A stretch of 37,518 nucleotides of DNA from an uncultured Gammaproteobacteria bacterium (GTDB lineage Bacteria > Patescibacteriota > Microgenomatia > UBA8517), in the NCBI GenBank assembly GCA_964423565.1, contig CAYREZ010000001.1, positions 976 through 38,493 of the forward strand, given 5' to 3'. Made by a program: the position numbers and the translations under genes. The notes under the pieces are model-generated. The model saw nothing but the letters and a program-made list of their open reading frames with translations. It made no database searches and was not told the DNA's origin. The stretch's first letter is position 1; each line of letters starts with the position of its first letter. Of the stretch, positions 33,977 through 37,518 are shown in pieces.

Positions 33977-35710
33977 TTAGATCGAAAAGAGATAGAAAGC
34001 CGGTTCTCCCGAGGGATAGGAAATTGCCTTTACTAATACTAGCCCTTCGGGTGTTTTCTGTGGATCCATTATCAAATTGCCATCGATTTCTCTTGCCGCG
34101 GCAATATACAAGCCGTCGTCTGATAATACTTGTGACAAATTTTCAATTCCTATATCCACCTCAGGCTGACCAAAGTAATATTTCTCGATATGCTCTAATT
34201 CTCCAAAACCTTTAACAAATTCCCTTGATGTTCCTTTTTGCCAAATAGTTGGATCGTACGGGTAATAAGAAGCTAAAAAAATTCGAGGGTCATCGTTTGC
34301 ATTCGATAGAATTATCTTATTGTAGCGATTCTGATTTTCCTTAACTGCTGTTACAAGTTCTTTGTAACCTGCATGCCACGACCGTTCCGAATACCACGGG
34401 TTATGAATCCAATAAGTATGGCTATAAATCCCGAATTGAAAAATCCAAATTCCGAAAAATAGAGAAATAAAAACATATTTATATTTAGCCGTGAATCTAA
34501 AAATTGTCTCTGTTAACCCGTATGCAATAACTAGAACTATTGGCGGAAGAATTAGAATTAAGCGGGTTGCATGTTTACCTCCATCCCGTGTAACGGCGGA
34601 TGGAAATATTCCTGCAATAATCCAAAATAGTAAAAGATATTTTATTTTCCTGTCTAGACTGGATGACGCAAGTAAAATAACTCCCAGTAATAAAGCGATC
34701 ATTTCGACTTTGTAAAACTGACCTAGTCCACTTATAGAATGCCGTAAATTCGGATCCCCTTCAATAAATAGAAAGCCTGTCGAGAATGATTGTAAATAAT
34801 TATCTAAAATTTTCTCTTGCCAAATAATATACTTGTTGTGCATTAGGCGGCTGCTAATTTTTTGCCCAATACCACCTCCATATCTTCTCCTCATTTGAGC
34901 ATCGTCGAGCCTTAATGTTTGTATTGCGCCTATTGTAGTCGGATCAGTGAATATACTGATATATTTAAATCGAAAGGCGGCCCCTTGAAAAAAATTTACA
35001 TATATCAACGGTAACCATAATAAACAAAGTATTGAAAAAGTTAATAGTTTTTGTTTTACACTCATATTTATCTTTTTTCTAAACAGGTAAAATAAATAAA
35101 CCATCAATAAAGGAGTAAAAAGTTTTGCAGTACTATAAGACCATGGAGTTAGTAAAAAAAATAATCCTGATATCCATATATACTTTCCATCCTTTACTCC
35201 CTTGAAGAAAAAATAAAACCCGCATAAATATAAAAGTAATAGTTGAGTTACTTCAAAAGCTGCCCGTGAATACTGTAAATGCCAGGGCGAAAAAGCTAAT
35301 ATAAATGCCGAAAAAAGTGCAAATACCTCAATCTTCTCTCTGCTTTGATTTTTCCAATACCCACCAATCTCTACTACCAATAAATACAATAAATATACTC
35401 CCAGAATTCCGAATATCGCGGCTGGAAGACGTAATCCCCACGGCGTAATTCCAAAGATAAATACGCTCGGAATGGATGAGTATATATACAATGGTGCTCG
35501 GAAATCAGCATAAGATTGGAAATGTAAGGGTAAGAAATTTCCGAAATAATCGCGGCCCGTATTAATAAAAGAGTAAGCCTGATACCCTACATCTAATTCA
35601 TCGGAAAAAAGTGATACCGGAACTTTATCTAATTTCCACAAACGGAGTACTGCTGCTGAAATTAGAATTAATACTAATAAAATATTTTTTGTAATTTTTG
35701 GCCTGACCAT
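33977..35710 (-). CDS. ArnT/PMT_2-like GT-C glycosyltransferase, paralogue F (intact)
   Basis: 577 aa. Contains FSDELDVGYQAYSFINTGRDYFG and SPWHLQYSRAAFEV, with a C-terminal soluble domain. Confidence 0.85.
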   Translation of the reverse strand: MVRPKITKNILLVLILISAAVLRLWKLDKVPVSLFSDELDVGYQAYSFINTGRDYFGNFLPLHFQSYADFRAPLYIYSSIPSVFIFGITPWGLRLPAAIFGILGVYLLYLLVVEIGGYWKNQSREKIEVFALFSAFILAFSPWHLQYSRAAFEVTQLLLLYLCGFYFFFKGVKDGKYIWISGLFFLLTPWSYSTAKLFTPLLMVYLFYLFRKKINMSVKQKLLTFSILCLLWLPLIYVNFFQGAAFRFKYISIFTDPTTIGAIQTLRLDDAQMRRRYGGGIGQKISSRLMHNKYIIWQEKILDNYLQSFSTGFLFIEGDPNLRHSISGLGQFYKVEMIALLLGVILLASSSLDRKIKYLLLFWIIAGIFPSAVTRDGGKHATRLILILPPIVLVIAYGLTETIFRFTAKYKYVFISLFFGIWIFQFGIYSHTYWIHNPWYSERSWHAGYKELVTAVKENQNRYNKIILSNANDDPRIFLASYYPYDPTIWQKGTSREFVKGFGELEHIEKYYFGQPEVDIGIENLSQVLSDDGLYIAAAREIDGNLIMDPQKTPEGLVLVKAISYPSGEPAFYLFSI

Positions 35711-36489
35711 ATTATAAAGTTTATTAAATAATGTTTTAACTTACCGTGATATAAAATGCTCGAGGGAATCAACTGTTTCCATTCCGAGCCATATAAACTA
35801 TTATAGTCACCACTTGCCCCATGGACGTGTACTACTTCGCAGGCCGGCAAATAATAAATATCCAATCCAACTTTCTTTAACTTTCTACAGTAATCAATAT
35901 CCTCAAAGTACATGAAATAGCGCTCATCCAGGTATCCCACCTTATTTATGGCAAGCTGGGTAATAATCGCACATGCCATTACAACAGCTTCAACTTTTAT
36001 TGGGTCACGGGCATCTGGAGCATATTTATCCAAGATTCCTTTATTGAATAACCAGTATTGTGATATAGCCCGAAATACTGTAGGAAATCTAAAAACAGAC
36101 CCTTGTGTAGAACCGTCAATATTGCGTAATTTAGGTGCGACCATCCCTAAATTTTCCCGATCGTTTGCAAAGTTAATTAACGTGTCCAAAGTACCAGTTA
36201 TAAGTCTGGCATCTGAATTAAGTAATAGTTTATATTTACCTTTTGCAATTGCGAGACCCTGATTATTTGCTTTTGCAAATCCTAAATTCTGATTATTTAC
36301 AATTAAACTATAGTTTTGGATCTTTCCTTTCAAGTTCTCTAATGTTGGTAAACTTCCATCACTTGAGGCGTTGTCAATAATAATTATTTCCCGAGAAGCT
36401 TTGCTCTTATCTTCAACAACCGATCTAATGCTCTCCATGATGAGTTTATTGGTATTGTAATTGACAATTATTATTGATACATCTAGCAT
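35674..36489 (-). CDS. GT2-family glycosyltransferase (rhamnosyltransferase-like subgroup)
   Basis: 271 aa. Contains VSIIIVNYNTNKLIMESIRSV...IIIIDNASSDGS, LLLNSDA, and FEDIDYCRK. Confidence 0.8.
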   Translation of the reverse strand: MLDVSIIIVNYNTNKLIMESIRSVVEDKSKASREIIIIDNASSDGSLPTLENLKGKIQNYSLIVNNQNLGFAKANNQGLAIAKGKYKLLLNSDARLITGTLDTLINFANDRENLGMVAPKLRNIDGSTQGSVFRFPTVFRAISQYWLFNKGILDKYAPDARDPIKVEAVVMACAIITQLAINKVGYLDERYFMYFEDIDYCRKLKKVGLDIYYLPACEVVHVHGASGDYNSLYGSEWKQLIPSSILYHGKLKHYLINFIIWSGQKLQKIFY

Positions 36490-36500
36490 TGGAATTGTTT

Positions 36501-37415
36501 CTAATTGCCGGAAAATTTTACGAAAATCGCTTCATCCGATACAGAGGTTTCTTTTTTCTCCCTCTTTCTTGCCCGAATAATTTTTCTGGTCTTAGTTAAT
36601 GCACCCAGAAATATTATTAAATATCCCGGGTGTCGCGAAATTCTGGAAAAAAGACCAACCAGATGTTTTCTGAAAAGATTTGCGGACGTCAGATTTTTCC
36701 AGATAAATACAAGTTGGTTTATTTCCTGCATTCTTGTAAGCTTCGTTTTTGAAAAAGTTTTCGAAGTCGTTGACTCATGTTCATGTATCACTTTTGCTTT
36801 AGGTTCCCACACAAGTTTATATCCTCGTTTAAGAGCCCGATATGACAAATCAATATCTTCCCAATAAAATTTGAACAACTTGTCGTCAAACCCGCCTAAT
36901 TTTAACCAGTAACTTTTTCTAAATACCCCGCTACCGCCGCTAATCCAAAATGTATTTTCTACATCATCAGATGCTTTCATTCCTTTATGATTAATGAATC
37001 CGCTTTCGAATTTAGCTTTTGCCCATCCATACCCTTTTTCGTGAAGTGAAACTCCAAATATTTGATTATTCCGAAAATGATGTAATGCTGCTTCGAGGAA
37101 ATTATCCTGCACAATAACATCATTATTTAATAAGCAAATTAATTTTGATTTAGCACTTCTAACCCCCGTATTAGAAGTGCATGCAAAACCCCTATTTATT
37201 TTGTGCTTAATAAGCTTAATTTCAGGAAAGTTTCTTTTTGCAAATTCAACACTGCTGTCTTGTGATGCGTCGTCAACAAGTATAATTTCTTCTATACAGT
37301 TTTCTTTTCTTTTATAGGCTTTTATCAAATAGCCTAAATTTTTCCGAAGTAAACCTTCTCCATTATAGTTTGGGATTACAACCGAAACTGTTAATTTCTC
37401 ATTTATTTCCGTCAT
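36501..37415 (-). CDS. GT2-family glycosyltransferase
   Basis: 304 aa. Contains VSVVIPNYNGEGLLRKNL...IILVDDASQDSS, LLNNDV, and WEDIDLSYR. Confidence 0.8.
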   Translation of the reverse strand: MTEINEKLTVSVVIPNYNGEGLLRKNLGYLIKAYKRKENCIEEIILVDDASQDSSVEFAKRNFPEIKLIKHKINRGFACTSNTGVRSAKSKLICLLNNDVIVQDNFLEAALHHFRNNQIFGVSLHEKGYGWAKAKFESGFINHKGMKASDDVENTFWISGGSGVFRKSYWLKLGGFDDKLFKFYWEDIDLSYRALKRGYKLVWEPKAKVIHEHESTTSKTFSKTKLTRMQEINQLVFIWKNLTSANLFRKHLVGLFSRISRHPGYLIIFLGALTKTRKIIRARKREKKETSVSDEAIFVKFSGN

Positions 37416-37518
37416 TTTTTCCTTACTTTAATTAAATGAAGTGTTCCAAAAATAATTTTCTTATCCACTTCCTTTTGAAAACCCATTACCTTAACAAGTT
37501 TTAATAAAAAATTTTCTC
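37412..37518 (-). CDS. 3' end of an upstream gene (C-terminal 34 codons only); function unknown, possibly a methyltransferase C-terminus
   Basis: Own translation of the minus strand from the window edge: ENFLLKLVKVMGFQKEVDKKIIFGTLHLIKVRKK. It ends in a TGA that overlaps the next ATG (ATGA at 37412-37415). The tight coupling supports a real gene. The functional guess is weak. Confidence 0.4.
   Translation of the reverse strand, partial: ENFLLKLVKVMGFQKEVDKKIIFGTLHLIKVRKK

Noticed and set aside
36505-36867. Plus-strand ORFs in the track that lie antisense to long minus-strand genes: 36505..36867 (120 aa), 35948..36262, 15510..15821, 33943..34215, 3793..4065, 18869..19147, 22534..22791 and others.
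   Set aside because: All are fully embedded opposite ORFs that carry strong family motifs. They have low-complexity or odd composition and no recognisable motifs. This is typical of shadow ORFs.

Overview
AT-rich (about one-third G+C by eye) bacterial chromosomal segment. It is almost entirely one long, tightly packed minus-strand glycan-assembly island with many ATGA/TAATG start-stop overlaps. The only interruption is a small strand-switch block at about 12.3-14.9 kb. The gene style (small intergenic gaps, many ArnT/PMT_2-like membrane glycosyltransferase paralogues) resembles CPR/Patescibacteria (Microgenomates-like) genomes. That placement is inference only.

I can support about 35 protein genes:
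- Ten predicted GT-C-fold polytopic membrane glycosyltransferases: six ArnT/PMT_2-like paralogues (two of them disrupted), two tandem PTPS-related-type proteins, one PIG-V-like and one DUF2029/GT87-like.
- Two polyprenyl-phosphate-sugar-synthase-type GT2 enzymes and six other GT2 enzymes.
- Three GT4 enzymes and one GT10 fucosyltransferase-like enzyme.
- A Wzx-like flippase and an AsnB-type amidotransferase.
- Two SDRs, a FAD oxidoreductase and an aldose-1-epimerase.
- Two methyltransferases (plus a possible third at the window end), a 2H-phosphoesterase and an IS200/RAYT-type Y1 transposase.

I saw no rRNA, tRNA or CRISPR array.

Most interesting signals, all read directly from the sequence:
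1. A roughly 65-68 bp direct repeat-core-direct repeat mini-element occurs in opposite orientations inside two unrelated glycosyltransferase genes. It is translated in frame in one gene and frameshifts the other. A neighbouring paralogue looks like the empty site.
2. A 9-bp-stem/5-nt-loop hairpin lies inside the coding sequence immediately next to that insertion site. It is kept perfect in two paralogues by three compensatory changes at third codon positions.
3. The Y1 transposase gene is bracketed by, and internally carries, a 21-37 nt hairpin-forming repeat.
4. One ArnT-like paralogue is interrupted by a single in-frame TAA.

I did not recognise a defence system or other discrete named system. 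The candidate novelty is the variable, repeat-invaded GT-C paralogue array itself.
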